The notes under the pieces: generated by a model
The model's input: only the letters and a program-made list of their open reading frames with translations
Told to the model about the DNA's origin: nothing
The model's database searches: none
In this document: piece after piece, positions 12,960 to 26,124 of the stretch
Layout: each line of letters opens with the position of its first letter
How positions within the stretch are numbered: position 1 is the stretch's first letter
Source of the DNA: Gammaproteobacteria bacterium
GTDB lineage: Bacteria > Pseudomonadota > Gammaproteobacteria > Pseudomonadales > Moraxellaceae
DNA length: 64,000 nt
Direction of reading: 5' to 3'
NCBI GenBank assembly: GCA_028868515.1
Contig: JAGWUI010000010.1
Span: forward strand, 29,860-93,859
Position numbers and translations under genes: made by a program

Positions 12960-15900
12960 TTACTCTTCGTCTTTCAACTCAATATTAATACCCAGAGAAC
13001 GAATCTCTTTGGTCAATACATTAAAGGACTCAGGCATACCTGGATCCATGTAGTGGTTGCCATCAACGATGTTTTTGTAGATACGCGTACGTCCTTCCAC
13101 ATCGTCCGACTTAACCGTAAGCATTTCTTGCAGAGTATAAGTCGCACCGTATGCTTCCAATGCCCAGACTTCCATTTCACCGAAGCGCTGACCACCGAAT
13201 TGTGCTTTACCACCAAGTGGTTGCTGTGTAACCAATGAGTAAGAGCCTGTAGAACGCGCATGCATCTTGTCATCAACCAAGTGGTTGAGTTTAAGCATAT
13301 ACATGTAGCCTACAGTCACAGGACGATCAAATTTGTCACCTGTACGGCCATCCCACAATGGTTGCTTACCGGTTTCTGACAAGTCAGCCAACGTCAACAA
13401 CTGCTTGATTTGGTTTTCTTCAGCACCGTCAAATACTGGCGTTGCAATAGGAACACCGCCACGAAGATTTTTAGCCAATGCCAGAACTTCATCATCAGAC
13501 AAACTTGCTAACTCTTCTTGCTCGCCACCCACTTGGTTATAGATTTGATCCATAAATTTGCGCAGTTCAGCAACTTTGCGCTGTTCTTGCATCATACGAT
13601 CAATCTTCTGGCCTAAGCCTTTAGCGGCCCAGCCCATATGCGTTTCGAGAATCTGCCCCACGTTCATACGTGACGGAACGCCAAGAGGATTCAGAACGAT
13701 ATCGACAGGTTCACCATTGACATCATATGGCATATCTTCGACAGGCATAATGACCGAAACCACACCCTTGTTACCATGACGACCCGCCATCTTGTCACCA
13801 GGTTGAATGCGGCGTTTCACAGCCAGATACACTTTAACCACTTTCAACACGCCATGAGCCAGCTCATCGCCTTGGTTGATTTTGCGTTTTTTCTCAACAA
13901 ACTTCGCTTCGATCTCGACATCTTTCTCTTTCAAGTACTCTTGAATCTGAGTTAAACGTGCTGCAATCTCATCATCAGCTGGCTGAATTTCAAGCAACTG
14001 CGCCATATCTAGGCTAGCGATTATTTCAGCATCTAACGTGACACCACGTTTAACACCGCCACCACCATTCACCTTTTGACCGTTCAACAAACGCTCAATA
14101 CGATTACGCGCTGCTTCTTCAAACGTACGATATTCTTCTTTCAAGTCTTTGCGATATGCATCGAGTTCAGCTTTATCAATCGCAATTGCACGTTCGTCTT
14201 TTTCAAGTCCATCACGGGTAAAGACTTGAACGTCAATAACCGTTCCTTTAGTGCCCGATGGAACACGAAGAGAAGAATCTTTAACGTCAGCAGCTTTCTC
14301 ACCAAAGATTGCGCGGAGTAGTTTTTCTTCTGGCGTCAGTTGTGTTTCACCTTTTGGTGTCACTTTACCGACCAGAATATCGCCTGCACTTACTTCGGCA
14401 CCGATATAAACGATACCTGACGCATCAAGTTTAGACAGTGCTGCTTCGCCAACGTTTGGAATATCACCAGTGATTTCTTCAGTACCCAATTTGGTATCAC
14501 GTGCTACACATGACAACTCTTGGATATGAATCGAAGTAAAACGATCTTCTTGTACAACACGCTCTGATAACAAAATCGAGTCTTCGAAGTTGTAACCATT
14601 CCATGGCATAAACGCCACGCGCATATTTTGACCCAGTGCAAGTTCACCAAGATCGGTTGATGGACCATCCGCAAGAATATCGCCACGTGCAACAACATCA
14701 CCACGATTCACAATTGCATTCTGGTTAATACAGGTATTTTGGTTAGAACGGGTATATTTGATCAAATTGTAGATATCAACACCCGCTTCACCGGCATGCA
14801 TTTCTGATTCATGAACACGAACCACAATACGGCTTGCATCCACATAATCAATCACACCACCGCGATTTGCGACGACACATACACCAGAGTCACGCGCAAC
14901 GTGACGCTCCATACCTGTACCTACAAGAGGTTTGTCTGAACGCAATGTCGGAACCGCCTGACGTTGCATGTTAGAACCCATCAACGCACGGTTCGCGTCA
15001 TCATGCTCAAGGAACGGAATCAAGGATGCTGCAACAGAAACCACCTGACGTGGTGATACGTCCATATGAGTCACTTTTTCTGGGCTCATACGCACAAATT
15101 CACCATGATAACGAACAGAAACCATCTCGTCTGTCAGCTCACCTTTCTTGTTGATTGGTGAATCTGCTTGCGCAATCACAGTATCGGTTTCTTCAATCGC
15201 TGACAGGTATTCGATTTCGTCAGTCACAACACCATCCACAACACGGCGATAAGGTGTCTCCAAGAAACCAAACTCATTGGCTTTTGCATAAACAGCCAAG
15301 CTGTTGATCAAACCAATGTTTGGACCCTCAGGCGTTTCAATTGGACAAACACGACCGTAGTGCGTTTGATGAACGTCGCGAACTTCAAAGCCTGCACGCT
15401 CACGGGTCAAACCACCTGGTCCAAGTGCAGAAACACGACGTTTGTGCGTAATTTCTGACAATGGATTATTTTGGTCCATGAACTGTGACAATTGGCTTGA
15501 ACCGAAGAACTCTTTGATCGCTGCAGCAACTGGTTTTGCATTGATCAGATCTTGTGGTGACAAACCTTCAGTCTCAGCTTGGTTCAAACGCTCTTTAACC
15601 GCACGTTCAACACGAACCAGACCGACACGGAATTGGTTTTCTGTCATTTCACCAACTGAACGTACACGACGGTTACCCAAGTGATCGATGTCGTCAACTT
15701 CGCCTTTACCATTACGGATATCGACTAACATTTTCAAGACATCAACGACGTCTTCATTTGACAAGATGCCTTCGATTTCGCGAGTCGCTTGATCTGTACC
15801 CACTTCGTAAGGACGACCCAAACGGCGATTAAACTTCATGCGACCAACAGGTGACAAGTCATAACGCTCTGAACTGAAGAACAGATTGTTAAACAGATTT

Positions 15901-17051
15901 TCTGCTGCGTCTTTTGTTGGTGGCTCACCTGGACGCATAACCTTATAGATCTCAACCAACGCTTCTTCACGATTGCGTGTGGTATCAGCACGTAAAGTAT
16001 CTGCAACGAATGAACCACGATCGATATCATTAGTGAACAGCATGCTGAATTCAACAACACCAGCTTCAACCAATTTCACCAACACTTCATGCACAAGTAC
16101 AGTGTTCGCTTCAATGATTAGATCGCCAGCTTTGTTGTAGATGTTGTGCGCCAAAATACGACCGTACAAGTATTCATCAGGAACTGGCAGTTTAGTTAAA
16201 CCAGCTTCTTCCATTTGACGAACATGGCGAGCATTGATGCGCTTACCTTGTTCAACAATAACTTTATTGCCTTTGCCAACGATATCAAACTGCGCCATTT
16301 CACCGCGCAGACGCTCAGGAATCAAATCGATTTGATAGCTACCATCCGCCAAGTACACAGGTACTTTCTCGTAGTACATATCAAGAATTTGTTCGGTCGT
16401 GTAGTTCAACGCACGCAACATAATGGTTGCAAGCAACTTACGACGACGATCAATACGTACGAACACGAGATCTTTCGCATCGAATTCAAAATCTAACCAT
16501 GAACCACGGTAAGGGATGATACGTGCGGAATAGAGCACTTTACCTGAACTGTGGGTTTTACCCTTGTCATGATCAAAGAATACGCCTGGTGAACGATGCA
16601 ACTGGCTGACGATCACACGCTCAGTACCATTGATCACAAAAGTACCGTTGTCAGTCATGAGTGGCATTTCACCCATGTAGACTTCTTGCTCACGCACGTC
16701 TTTGATTGACTTGGTTTCACGATCGTAAATGATCAAACGAATTTTGACGCGCATTGGCGCTGCATAAGTTGAACCACGCAAGATACATTCGCGCACATCA
16801 AACTCAGGTTTACCCAAGTGATATTCAACAAATTCAAGCGCAGCGTTACCAGAATAACTCACTATTGGAAATACTGAACGGAATGCAGCTTGCAAACCGA
16901 AGTCTTCACGTTGTTTCGCAGTTTTACCATCTTGTAAAAACGCGCGATAAGAATCAACTTGAATGGACAGCAGGTAAGGTACGTCCATCATATTGGGCAA
17001 TTTGCCGAAGTTCTTGCGAATCCGTTTCTTTTCGGTATAGGAGTATGCCAT
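12960..17051 (-). CDS. rpoB: DNA-directed RNA polymerase subunit beta
   Basis: 1363 aa. [17 protein letters not shown]..., rifampicin cluster region ...[30 protein letters not shown].... Standard rplL-rpoB-rpoC order. Confidence 0.97.
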   Translation of the reverse strand: MAYSYTEKKRIRKNFGKLPNMMDVPYLLSIQVDSYRAFLQDGKTAKQREDFGLQAAFRSVFPIVSYSGNAALEFVEYHLGKPEFDVRECILRGSTYAAPMRVKIRLIIYDRETKSIKDVREQEVYMGEMPLMTDNGTFVINGTERVIVSQLHRSPGVFFDHDKGKTHSSGKVLYSARIIPYRGSWLDFEFDAKDLVFVRIDRRRKLLATIMLRALNYTTEQILDMYYEKVPVYLADGSYQIDLIPERLRGEMAQFDIVGKGNKVIVEQGKRINARHVRQMEEAGLTKLPVPDEYLYGRILAHNIYNKAGDLIIEANTVLVHEVLVKLVEAGVVEFSMLFTNDIDRGSFVADTLRADTTRNREEALVEIYKVMRPGEPPTKDAAENLFNNLFFSSERYDLSPVGRMKFNRRLGRPYEVGTDQATREIEGILSNEDVVDVLKMLVDIRNGKGEVDDIDHLGNRRVRSVGEMTENQFRVGLVRVERAVKERLNQAETEGLSPQDLINAKPVAAAIKEFFGSSQLSQFMDQNNPLSEITHKRRVSALGPGGLTRERAGFEVRDVHQTHYGRVCPIETPEGPNIGLINSLAVYAKANEFGFLETPYRRVVDGVVTDEIEYLSAIEETDTVIAQADSPINKKGELTDEMVSVRYHGEFVRMSPEKVTHMDVSPRQVVSVAASLIPFLEHDDANRALMGSNMQRQAVPTLRSDKPLVGTGMERHVARDSGVCVVANRGGVIDYVDASRIVVRVHESEMHAGEAGVDIYNLIKYTRSNQNTCINQNAIVNRGDVVARGDILADGPSTDLGELALGQNMRVAFMPWNGYNFEDSILLSERVVQEDRFTSIHIQELSCVARDTKLGTEEITGDIPNVGEAALSKLDASGIVYIGAEVSAGDILVGKVTPKGETQLTPEEKLLRAIFGEKAADVKDSSLRVPSGTKGTVIDVQVFTRDGLEKDERAIAIDKAELDAYRKDLKEEYRTFEEAARNRIERLLNGQKVNGGGGVKRGVTLDAEIIASLDMAQLLEIQPADDEIAARLTQIQEYLKEKDVEIEAKFVEKKRKINQGDELAHGVLKVVKVYLAVKRRIQPGDKMAGRHGNKGVVSVIMPVEDMPYDVNGEPVDIVLNPLGVPSRMNVGQILETHMGWAAKGLGQKIDRMMQEQRKVAELRKFMDQIYNQVGGEQEELASLSDDEVLALAKNLRGGVPIATPVFDGAEENQIKQLLTLADLSETGKQPLWDGRTGDKFDRPVTVGYMYMLKLNHLVDDKMHARSTGSYSLVTQQPLGGKAQFGGQRFGEMEVWALEAYGATYTLQEMLTVKSDDVEGRTRIYKNIVDGNHYMDPGMPESFNVLTKEIRSLGINIELKDEE

Positions 17052-17581
17052 TGGAAGTCCTCAAAAAAGTGGGTGCAAGATGCTTTTGCAACGATCACTC
17101 GACGCGATAGCGAAACAAAAGCATTAATCTAAAATCATCAATAAAACCAGCTATTTAAAAATCATACAAATAGCCATCAAACCAATGAACGACATCCATC
17201 CTGCTGTTAAATCAAGTTGCAACAGAACTTTCATTCATGTACCGCAAAAGCATTTCTTACAAAGACGACAAAGCCACAAACCAACTCAGTATTCATAAAA
17301 TATTTTTTGAATACTCAATCAGTTCGTGGAAGAACGCTTAAATATGCACTTTTAATCAAACAAACCTGATAACAATGCAGAGTTAAGAATTCTTTTATCG
17401 CACCCGACACTCTTTCTACTCTTTTGGACACCTCATCAATAAATCGATCATTGAAAACTATCCTTAAAAGAGCTGACTATTGATCAATAGGCACGCTGCA
17501 TGTTGTAAATAAGACCACTTATTTCGAAGAAATGATCAAAAACAGATCAAGATCCATAAAAACAAGAGCCGCATAGTATAA

Positions 17582-17626
17582 TAAAAAACGGCGCACAAAC
17601 GCAAGCATTTGTCCACCGTTTTTTTG
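17582..17626 (-). terminator. Partial terminator/attenuator between rplL and rpoB
   Basis: On the minus-strand transcript, a 13-bp imperfect stem (one wobble, one mismatch) with an 8-nt loop is followed by a U-run. It lies ~120 nt downstream of the rplL stop inside an unusually long (693-nt) rplL-rpoB spacer. This is analogous to the E. coli rplL-rpoB attenuator. Confidence 0.5.
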
Positions 17627-17744
17627 AACTAAATTAAGAATCCTAATTAAATTAACTTTCTTAATTTAGCGTTTGAAGCAAATCAAACTTGTCAAATCTC
17701 TCTAAGATTACGCAGCAACTTGAAAACAAGCTGCCACATTAGTC

Positions 17745-18119
17745 TTATTTGATTTCAACAGTTGCGCCTGACTCTTCAACTTTCTTCTTCAATGCTTCAG
17801 CGTCGTCTTTGCTTACGCCTTCTTTCAGCACTTGTGGTGCACCTTCAACCAAGTCTTTCGCTTCTTTCAAGCCCAAACCTGTTACTTCGCGAACGATTTT
17901 AATAACCGCAACTTTGTTTGCGCCGAAGCCAGTCAGAACTACGTTGAATTCTGTTTGTTCTTCAGCTGCAGCTGCGCCAGCGCCAGCAGCAGGACCAGCA
18001 ACTGCAACAGCTGCTGCAGATACGTTGAATTTCTCTTCAAATGCAGAAATCAGGTCAACCAATTCAACTACAGATAATTCTGCAACCGCGTTCAGGATGT
18101 CGTCTTTTGACAGTGCCAT
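17745..18119 (-). CDS. rplL: 50S ribosomal protein L7/L12
   Basis: 124 aa, [31 protein letters not shown]..., Ala-rich hinge. Confidence 0.97.
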   Translation of the reverse strand: MALSKDDILNAVAELSVVELVDLISAFEEKFNVSAAAVAVAGPAAGAGAAAAEEQTEFNVVLTGFGANKVAVIKIVREVTGLGLKEAKDLVEGAPQVLKEGVSKDDAEALKKKVEESGATVEIK

Positions 18120-18164
18120 GAGTAAAACTCCAAAATTTGTGTAAGTGGGTGAGGCAAGTTGCGA

Positions 18165-18671
18165 TTAAGCAGCTTGTTCTTCCTGCTTGTCTTTGAGTGC
18201 TGTAAGTAAACGAGCAAACTTCGAAACAGGCGCTTGCAGAACCGACGCCAACATCGTAAGAGCAGTGTGCAGATTCGGCAGATTTGCCAATACGTCGATT
18301 TGATCAGCACTGTAAAGCTTGCCGTCAAATGCAGCCGATTTAATGACCAGCTTGGCATTATCTTTCGCAAAATCTTTAAACAAACGAGCAGCAGCGCCCA
18401 TATCGTCTTCTGATGTTGACAAAGCAATGATCGATGGACCAGTCAGAGTGTCGTTCAAAACAGCAAACGGCGTTCCTTCCAGTGCACGACGTGCGAGAGT
18501 GTTACGAATAACACGCACATACACACCTTGCTGACGGGCTTTAGTACGCAAACTTGTCATTTGCGCAACAGTCAAGCCACGGTAATCGGCGACCACAGCA
18601 GAGAATGCACCAGACGCAGCTTCAGATACTGCGGCGACGATCTCTTTTTTGTCCTCTAGTCTTAGAGTCAC
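18165..18671 (-). CDS. rplJ: 50S ribosomal protein L10 (start reassigned to the GTG at 18671)
   Basis: The track ORF (18165..18752) begins at an upstream ATG. The L10-like N-terminus (V)TLRLEDKKEIVAAV starts at a GTG (18669-18671) preceded by a perfect AGGAGG 6 nt upstream. The product is ~168 aa, a typical L10 length. Confidence 0.85.
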   Translation of the reverse strand: MTLRLEDKKEIVAAVSEAASGAFSAVVADYRGLTVAQMTSLRTKARQQGVYVRVIRNTLARRALEGTPFAVLNDTLTGPSIIALSTSEDDMGAAARLFKDFAKDNAKLVIKSAAFDGKLYSADQIDVLANLPNLHTALTMLASVLQAPVSKFARLLTALKDKQEEQAA

Positions 18672-18994
18672 TGTAACCTCCTTCGTGTATAGATGGACAC
18701 AATTATCCATCACCATATTTTGCATACCAATTATTTTGCTCACGCAAAACAATCAATCTACACGCGGAAAGTCTAAACCCTAAGATTTACACCACCGCGT
18801 CTACGTAGGACATATTAAGAAAACCATCAGCATCAGATTTTCGCCTACGGTCTTTGACGCTGATCAGAATAATCCAACCACTTCAAAGCCCACTCAACAG
18901 ACCTTTGTTATGCATCAAAGCAAACCAAAAGCCATCAAGATTTCTTACTTACTGAATCGCCACTTTGACAATTCAGTAAAATTCTTAAATTCAA
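18672..18994 (-). promoter_or_regulatory. rplJ 5' leader (expected L10(L12)4 autoregulatory mRNA leader)
   Basis: 323-nt untranslated spacer between rplA and rplJ. A long structured leader with the L10 autoregulation site is established for this operon in gammaproteobacteria. The structure itself was not modelled here. Confidence 0.4.
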
Positions 18995-19690
18995 TTATGC
19001 AGAAACAGATGACACATCAATCGTTAAGCCAGGACCCATAGTCGATGACAAAGTGATTTTCTTGATGTAAACACCTTTAGAAGTTGCAGGTTTTGCGCGC
19101 TTCAAATCAGCAACCAAGGCCTCAACGTTTGAACGGATTGCAGATGGTTCAAAACCAACTTGACCAACCGCCGCGTGAATGATACCTGCTTTATCAACGC
19201 GATAACGTGCTTGACCAGACTTCGCATTTTTAACCGCTGTACCCACATCAGGAGTTACTGTGCCAACTTTTGGGTTAGGCATCAAACCACGTGGACCCAA
19301 GATCGTACCCAATTTACCAACAACGCGCATTGCGTCTGGTGCAGCAATCACGACATCAAAATCAAGATTACCCGCCTGAATGCTCTCAGCGAGATCATCC
19401 ATACCTACAACATCTGCACCTTCCGCTTTAGCAGCTTCAGCTTGTGCGCCTTGTGCGAACACAGCAACACGTACAGTTTTACCAGTACCCGCTGGCAACA
19501 CAGTTGCACCACGAACGATTTGGTCAGATTTACGTGGATCAACACCAAGATTGATCGCAACATCCATAGACTCTTTGAATTTTGCTGCTGGCAAGCTATT
19601 CAATACAGCAACAGCAGAATCCAAATCGTAAACTTTGTTTGCTTCTACTTTTTCAGCAATCGCTTTTTGACGTTTAGTTAATGTCGCCAT
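18995..19690 (-). CDS. rplA: 50S ribosomal protein L1
   Basis: 231 aa, [15 protein letters not shown]..., conserved L1 core. Confidence 0.95.
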   Translation of the reverse strand: MATLTKRQKAIAEKVEANKVYDLDSAVAVLNSLPAAKFKESMDVAINLGVDPRKSDQIVRGATVLPAGTGKTVRVAVFAQGAQAEAAKAEGADVVGMDDLAESIQAGNLDFDVVIAAPDAMRVVGKLGTILGPRGLMPNPKVGTVTPDVGTAVKNAKSGQARYRVDKAGIIHAAVGQVGFEPSAIRSNVEALVADLKRAKPATSKGVYIKKITLSSTMGPGLTIDVSSVSA

Positions 19691-19691
19691 C

Positions 19692-20126
19692 TTAGACTAC
19701 TCCTTCCACGTTCAAGCCCATTGAGCGAGCAGAACCTGCGATTGTACGCACCGCAGCATCTAAATCAGCAGCAGTCAAATTAGCCTCTTTTGCTTTTGCA
19801 ATTTCTTCTAATTGCGCACGGGTAATCGTACCAACTTTTTGTGTGTTAGGACGTGATGAACCACTTGTCAAACCCATTGTCTTTTTCAAGAAATAAGTTG
19901 CTGGTGGTGACGCCATAACGAATGTGAATGATTTATCAGAATACACAGTGATTGTGACTGGAATTGGCATACCAACTTCCATTTTCTGAGTCGCAGCGTT
20001 GAATTCTTTACAGAACGCCATGATGTTCACACCACGTTGACCGAGTGCAGGTCCGATTGGTGGAGATGGATTTGCTTTACCAGCCGCAACTTGCAGCTTG
20101 ATATATCCGTCGATTTTCTTAGCCAT
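19692..20126 (-). CDS. rplK: 50S ribosomal protein L11
   Basis: 144 aa, [43 protein letters not shown] (L11 N-terminal domain). Confidence 0.95.
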   Translation of the reverse strand: MAKKIDGYIKLQVAAGKANPSPPIGPALGQRGVNIMAFCKEFNAATQKMEVGMPIPVTITVYSDKSFTFVMASPPATYFLKKTMGLTSGSSRPNTQKVGTITRAQLEEIAKAKEANLTAADLDAAVRTIAGSARSMGLNVEGVV

Positions 20127-20332
20127 GATAGCTCCTAATATGGGTAATAGCGCCTAGCGGCTCCCCTTGGCTTAACTACAAATCTTGTTCGCTTTATCTT
20201 TATGACCACACAAAAGGCAGCCTACAAAAACAAAACCACCCAAGTTTCAAAAAACAAGGGTGGCGAATTATACATGAAAAACCGACCAATTCTATAGTTA
20301 AAAAACTAAAAATTAGCCAATTTTAAATTTCA

Positions 20333-20869
20333 TTAATCAGTTTTTTCAACTTGCTTAAATTCAAGCTCAACTTGAGTTGGGCGATTGAATACATTGATAG
20401 TCAAAGTCACCTTAGACTTATCATAATCAACCTTCTCGATCACACCCTTAAAGTCCACAAATGGACCATCTATAACCAATAACTCTTCGCCCGGCTCAAA
20501 CATCGTCTTCGGCTTCGGCGCAGTCTCGCCTTGCTGTTGAATACGACTTAAAATTTTATCAGCTTCTTTTTGAGTGATTGGAGCCGGCTTCTCTGGCGTA
20601 CCACCAATAAACCCAAGCACCTTCGGTGTTTCTTTAACAGTATGCCAAGTTGCCTCAGTCATTTCCATTTCAACCAGCACATAACCTGGAAAAAACTTAC
20701 GCTCACTCTTACGCTTTTTACCATCCTTCATTTCTACAACTTCTTCGGTAGGCACCAACACCTCACCAAAGCTATCTTGCAAGTCACTGCGAGCAATACG
20801 ATCCTTCAGCGAACGCATCACTTGCTTTTCATAACCTGAATAGGCGTGAACAATATACCAGCGCTTCAT
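20333..20869 (-). CDS. nusG: Transcription termination/antitermination factor NusG
   Basis: 178 aa, MKRWYIVHAYSGYEKQV (NGN domain) and a C-terminal KOW (GEELLVIDGPFVDFKGVIEKVD). Confidence 0.93.
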   Translation of the reverse strand: MKRWYIVHAYSGYEKQVMRSLKDRIARSDLQDSFGEVLVPTEEVVEMKDGKKRKSERKFFPGYVLVEMEMTEATWHTVKETPKVLGFIGGTPEKPAPITQKEADKILSRIQQQGETAPKPKTMFEPGEELLVIDGPFVDFKGVIEKVDYDKSKVTLTINVFNRPTQVELEFKQVEKTD

Positions 20870-20921
20870 AACTTTTATCCGTTGATTTTGATGAGATAAA
20901 CTCTCAAAAGTTAATTATTCA

Positions 20922-21383
20922 TTATCCAATGAACAACTGAATTGCCCAACCAAAAAACAAATCCATCAACCACAGAATGATTGCCATTACCACAACAACA
21001 GCCAACACCACCCAAGTTGTCTGCAAGGTATCCTGCTTAGTAGGCCATGTAATACGGCGCAACTCAATCCGAGAATCCTTAAGTAATACAACAAATGCTT
21101 TACCTTGTGAAGTGATATACAACAAGATCAAAGCCAATACAACTGAACCAGCAATCGCAGCTACACGCACCCAAACATTAGAAGCCGGAGCCCAATAAGC
21201 TGGCAAATATTGAGGAATTAACGTCGAGCCAATCAACAACAATAACGCCAACAACCAAAACAAAGGATCAATAATAGAACGCGCAGGAGACACATCTGTC
21301 GGCGTTATATTGGCATGACTATTGATCGTATGACCCAGAGACGGCTTATCTGACGTAGTTTGCTTATGCGGATCAGTATTCAT
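20922..21383 (-). CDS. secE: Preprotein translocase subunit SecE (with an N-terminal extension)
   Basis: The C-terminal ~90 aa match the SecE TM3 region (RITWPTKQDTLQTTWVVLAVVVVMAIILWLMD). Located between nusG and tRNA-Trp. Confidence 0.85.
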   Translation of the reverse strand: MNTDPHKQTTSDKPSLGHTINSHANITPTDVSPARSIIDPLFWLLALLLLIGSTLIPQYLPAYWAPASNVWVRVAAIAGSVVLALILLYITSQGKAFVVLLKDSRIELRRITWPTKQDTLQTTWVVLAVVVVMAIILWLMDLFFGWAIQLFIG

Positions 21384-21545
21384 ATATTGAACAGCTCATT
21401 GGTTAAACCAAAGAAATACAAGGAAGCAAGTTTGGACTTAAAAACTGAGAGACTACAGGTATTTTTTTAAAAATTGTTTCACTTCACGGAACTATTTTAA
21501 AACCGCATCAAAAACCACATTTAAAAAAACACTTTACACAAATAT

Positions 21546-21621
21546 GGCGGGCCAGGAGAGACTCGAACTCCCAACACCCGGTTTTGGAGACCGGTGCTCT
21601 ACCAATTGAACTACTGGCCCG
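21546..21621 (-). tRNA. trpT: tRNA-Trp (anticodon CCA)
   Basis: Manual fold of the reverse complement: acceptor GGGCCAG/CTGGCCC, anticodon loop CTCCAAA, T-loop GTTCGAGTC, 3' CCA encoded. Location between tuf and secE, as in E. coli. Confidence 0.85.
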
Positions 21622-21702
21622 AAATTACAAGTTTACGCCCAATGACTACGAACGCAAACTTTATCTCATTAAGGGCGCTCAGTGAGCACCCCCTACAAAG
21701 AA

Positions 21703-22893
<1,191 letters not shown>

Positions 22894-23074
22894 GAGAGTC
22901 TCCCTCGTTCACGTCGGATTTCATTCACCCGGCTTACTAGACATTTCTTGCAAATCAGCACCATTGCCAACTGCAAACACAACATTACAAAATCAAATCA
23001 CTTAACACCAAAACAACAAGCAGGCACCCAGGCCTGCCAGTCTACACAATTTCTTCAGTTTCACATCACAAATA

Positions 23075-23150
<76 letters not shown>

Positions 23151-23213
23151 ACAACTTGCTTTATAGGAGAGCAGATCAAGCTCAACAACAAAAACCATTG
23201 CTATTTGTAATTT

Positions 23214-23289
23214 GGAGCGGGAGACGAGGGTCGAACTCGCGACATTCAGCTTGGAAGGCTGACGCTCTACCAACTGAGCTACTCCCGCA
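23214..23289 (-). tRNA. tRNA-Gly (anticodon UCC)
   Basis: Reverse complement GCGGGAGTAGCTCAGTTGGTAGAGCGTCAGCCTTCCAAGCTGA...TCTCCCGCTCCA. Confidence 0.85.
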
Positions 23290-23315
23290 CAACTGGTTAC
23301 CACAAACTCGAATAT

Positions 23316-23399
23316 GGTGGTGAGGGAAGGATTCGAACCTTCGAAGCTTTCGCGTCAGAGTTACAGTCTGATCCCTTTGACCGCTCGGGAACCTCACCG
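23316..23399 (-). tRNA. tRNA-Tyr (anticodon GUA, long variable arm)
   Basis: Reverse complement GGTGAGGTTCCCGAGCGGTCAAAGGGATCAGACTGTAACTCTGA...CCCTCACCACCA; 84 nt including the variable arm. Confidence 0.85.
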
Positions 23400-23470
23400 A
23401 CACTTGATTCACATTCCCAAGAACATCAACCAAACAACCTCAACACTATCGCATACTTTCCAATTTAATA

Positions 23471-23546
<76 letters not shown>

Positions 23547-23630
23547 TAAAGTTTACATCGATAACTGCATCGAAGCGGGGTGCATTGTAGCAGAGGATTT
23601 TACTCTGACAAGCCCCTTTTGCCAAAAAAA

Positions 23631-25145
23631 CTAAAAAAGCAAACCGTTTGCTGATAATTCAACCGCTTTGATCACTGCGCGAGCTTTTATAAGTGTTTCA
23701 TTCCACTCACTTGCTGGTACAGAGTCCGCAACAACGCCCGCACCCGCCTGAACATGAACCTGTTGATCAGTAATGACTGCAGTACGAATTGCAATTGCGG
23801 TATCCATTTCACCATGCCATCCAAGATAGCCTACCGCACCACCAAAGACACCACGCTTGACAGGCTCCAACTCATCAATGATTTCCATTGCGCGAATTTT
23901 TGGTGCACCAGATAACGTTCCCGCTGGGAATGTTGCCTTAAACACATCCAAAGCATCAAGCTCAGGTCGAACAACACCCTCAACATTCGAGACAATATGC
24001 ATGACATGCGAATACTTTTCGATTGTCATGCGTTCAGTCACTTTCACCTGACCAATTTGGCTGACACGCCCCGCATCATTACGACCGAGATCGATCAACA
24101 TCAAATGCTCTGCAATTTCCTTTCCGTCCGCCAACAAATCAGCCTCTAACGCAGCTTCTTCTTCTGGCGTTTTTCCACGAGGACGTGTACCCGCCAGCGG
24201 ACGTACCGTCACAATACCATTTTCTAAGCGCGTCAAAATTTCAGGTGAAGACCCCACCAAATGAAATGGTTTTGCCTGACCCTTATCATCACCAATCGTT
24301 ATACCATCAACCAAAAACATATATGGTGAAGGATTTAAATGACGTAACGCGCGATAAACCGATAATGCATCCCCATCAAACGGACTACTCATCCGCTGAC
24401 TTGGAACAACCTGCATCACATCGCCAGCCTTGATATATTCCTGAATACGTTGAACATCAGACATAAATTTCTGATCACCCGTGTGCGACGTAAATACAGG
24501 TGCAGTATGCGGCTTAGCAATCAGATTTGCTGGTTCGGCAAGCTGTCGTTCAAGCGCATCCAAACGCTCAATTGCACGCTGGTATGCATCAGGCTCTTGA
24601 CTATCAGCATGAGTGATCAGCGACAACGTATCGCGTAAACTATCAAACACGATGACAGTATCTGAAACCATCAACCAAATATCTGGCAAATTAATCGGAT
24701 CAGCTTCAGGAGTATTTTTCAGCTTATGCTCAATATAACGCACCGAGTCATAAGCAAAATAACCCACTAGACCACCTGTAAAACTTGGTAGCGCAGGCGT
24801 TTCCGATACAGGCGGCGTTTTAAAGTTCTTTTGAAATTCACGTATAAAAGCAAAAGGATCCGCACAATCAACCACTTCAACCGTCGCATTTGGATGCTGA
24901 AGTCGCATTTCACCCTGACGATATTGCAATACCGTTCCAGAACCCAAGCCAATAATCGAGTAACGACCCCAGCGCTCACCACCCTGAACTGACTCAAATA
25001 AATAACGCGCACCATCAGAACCATGAGCACGCAGGCGGGCAAACACAGATACAGGCGTATCAGTGTCAGCAAGACGTTGGCGAAATACAGGGATATGGCG
25101 ATAGCCAGCAGCAACCAGCCGTTCAAATTCAGGAAGGTTCATCAT
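23631..25145 (-). CDS. trpE: Anthranilate synthase component I
   Basis: 504 aa. Chorismate-binding domain motifs (LIDLGRNDAGRV, GAVGYLGW, AGAGVVADS). The gph-trpE linkage matches pseudomonads/Acinetobacter. Confidence 0.9.
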   Translation of the reverse strand: MMNLPEFERLVAAGYRHIPVFRQRLADTDTPVSVFARLRAHGSDGARYLFESVQGGERWGRYSIIGLGSGTVLQYRQGEMRLQHPNATVEVVDCADPFAFIREFQKNFKTPPVSETPALPSFTGGLVGYFAYDSVRYIEHKLKNTPEADPINLPDIWLMVSDTVIVFDSLRDTLSLITHADSQEPDAYQRAIERLDALERQLAEPANLIAKPHTAPVFTSHTGDQKFMSDVQRIQEYIKAGDVMQVVPSQRMSSPFDGDALSVYRALRHLNPSPYMFLVDGITIGDDKGQAKPFHLVGSSPEILTRLENGIVTVRPLAGTRPRGKTPEEEAALEADLLADGKEIAEHLMLIDLGRNDAGRVSQIGQVKVTERMTIEKYSHVMHIVSNVEGVVRPELDALDVFKATFPAGTLSGAPKIRAMEIIDELEPVKRGVFGGAVGYLGWHGEMDTAIAIRTAVITDQQVHVQAGAGVVADSVPASEWNETLIKARAVIKAVELSANGLLF

Positions 25146-25339
25146 GATTTTTACTCATCTCAAAACAGGAAATCGGAAAACGCTCAGCACAAATAGCGCA
25201 AAAAATAAGCCTCACCACTCGGTGAAACATGCCATTAGCGACGCCAGCGCAACCCGCCTGCAAGATAAGTCATGATGTTCTCAATAACGAAAGAAAATAG
25301 GGAAAACGGCACTGAAAAACATCAGAACCGTTAACTAAT

Positions 25340-26029
25340 TTATAATAATTCAACCAATGAATCAAGCACCAGATCAGGCTCACAGTAGGCAATAGGCTCA
25401 CCATGGTTATAACCATAACGCACTGCAATACAAGGCACTGAAGCCGCATGAGCAGCCTCAATATCATTGCGAGAATCACCAATCATTACCGCTTGGTTCG
25501 CTTGAACACCAAAATGCGCCAATGCATGTAAAATCGGTGCAGGATGAGGTTTGCGATGCTCTAAGCTATCACCACCCAGAATTAATGAAAAATCACCAAG
25601 TAAGTTTAAAGCTTTCAGTAATTTCAATGTTGAAGCATAAGGCTTATTGGTAATACAGGCGACGTGGAGTTTATTTTTATGACACCAATCTAAGAACTCT
25701 CGCACACCCGCATAAACTGTGCTGTCCACACAGACTTCATCTTGATAATGTTTTAAAAACGAAGTGAGCAACTCATCGTGTCGCTCTTGCGCAATGCCCC
25801 GACACTCTCGAACACACTGAATTAAACGACTTGCACCACGCCCAACCCACAGACGCACCTGCGCGTTAGTGACAGGATCAACGCCAATATCATAAAGTGC
25901 AAAATTTACCGCACGCATGATATCTGCCGCCGAATCAACCAAAGTTCCATCTAAATCAAAAAATACAGCTTGGATATGCTCAAAATGAGCAAGTGATACA
26001 CCTTTGTTTGCGCTGATAGCTTGTGACAT
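25340..26029 (-). CDS. gph: HAD-family phosphoglycolate phosphatase
   Basis: 229 aa. HAD motif I FFDLDGTLVDS, then motifs II/III (ITNKP; GDSRNDIEAA). Confidence 0.8.
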   Translation of the reverse strand: MSQAISANKGVSLAHFEHIQAVFFDLDGTLVDSAADIMRAVNFALYDIGVDPVTNAQVRLWVGRGASRLIQCVRECRGIAQERHDELLTSFLKHYQDEVCVDSTVYAGVREFLDWCHKNKLHVACITNKPYASTLKLLKALNLLGDFSLILGGDSLEHRKPHPAPILHALAHFGVQANQAVMIGDSRNDIEAAHAASVPCIAVRYGYNHGEPIAYCEPDLVLDSLVELL

Positions 26030-26124
26030 TGGATACTCCCTTTTTTATAGAAGATCTCACTTCACAACATCTGCGTCAAGCCACTAAAGTTGTGGCTTGT
26101 GCAAATGACGTTGCATTCAGTTGC

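Noticed and set aside
8620-17110. Numerous 60-170-aa ORFs on the plus strand inside the rpoC/rpoB coordinates (e.g. 10352-10864, 10865-11260, 11772-12212, 14076-14321, 16754-17110)
   Set aside because: They are antisense to highly conserved, unambiguously coding rpoB/rpoC sequence. They have no RBS and no recognisable domains. These are typical shadow ORFs.
18092-18752. 111-aa ORF 18092-18427 and the upstream-extended 195-aa version of rplJ
   Set aside because: The first overlaps rplJ out of frame. The second ignores the GTG+AGGAGG start that matches the L10 N-terminus.
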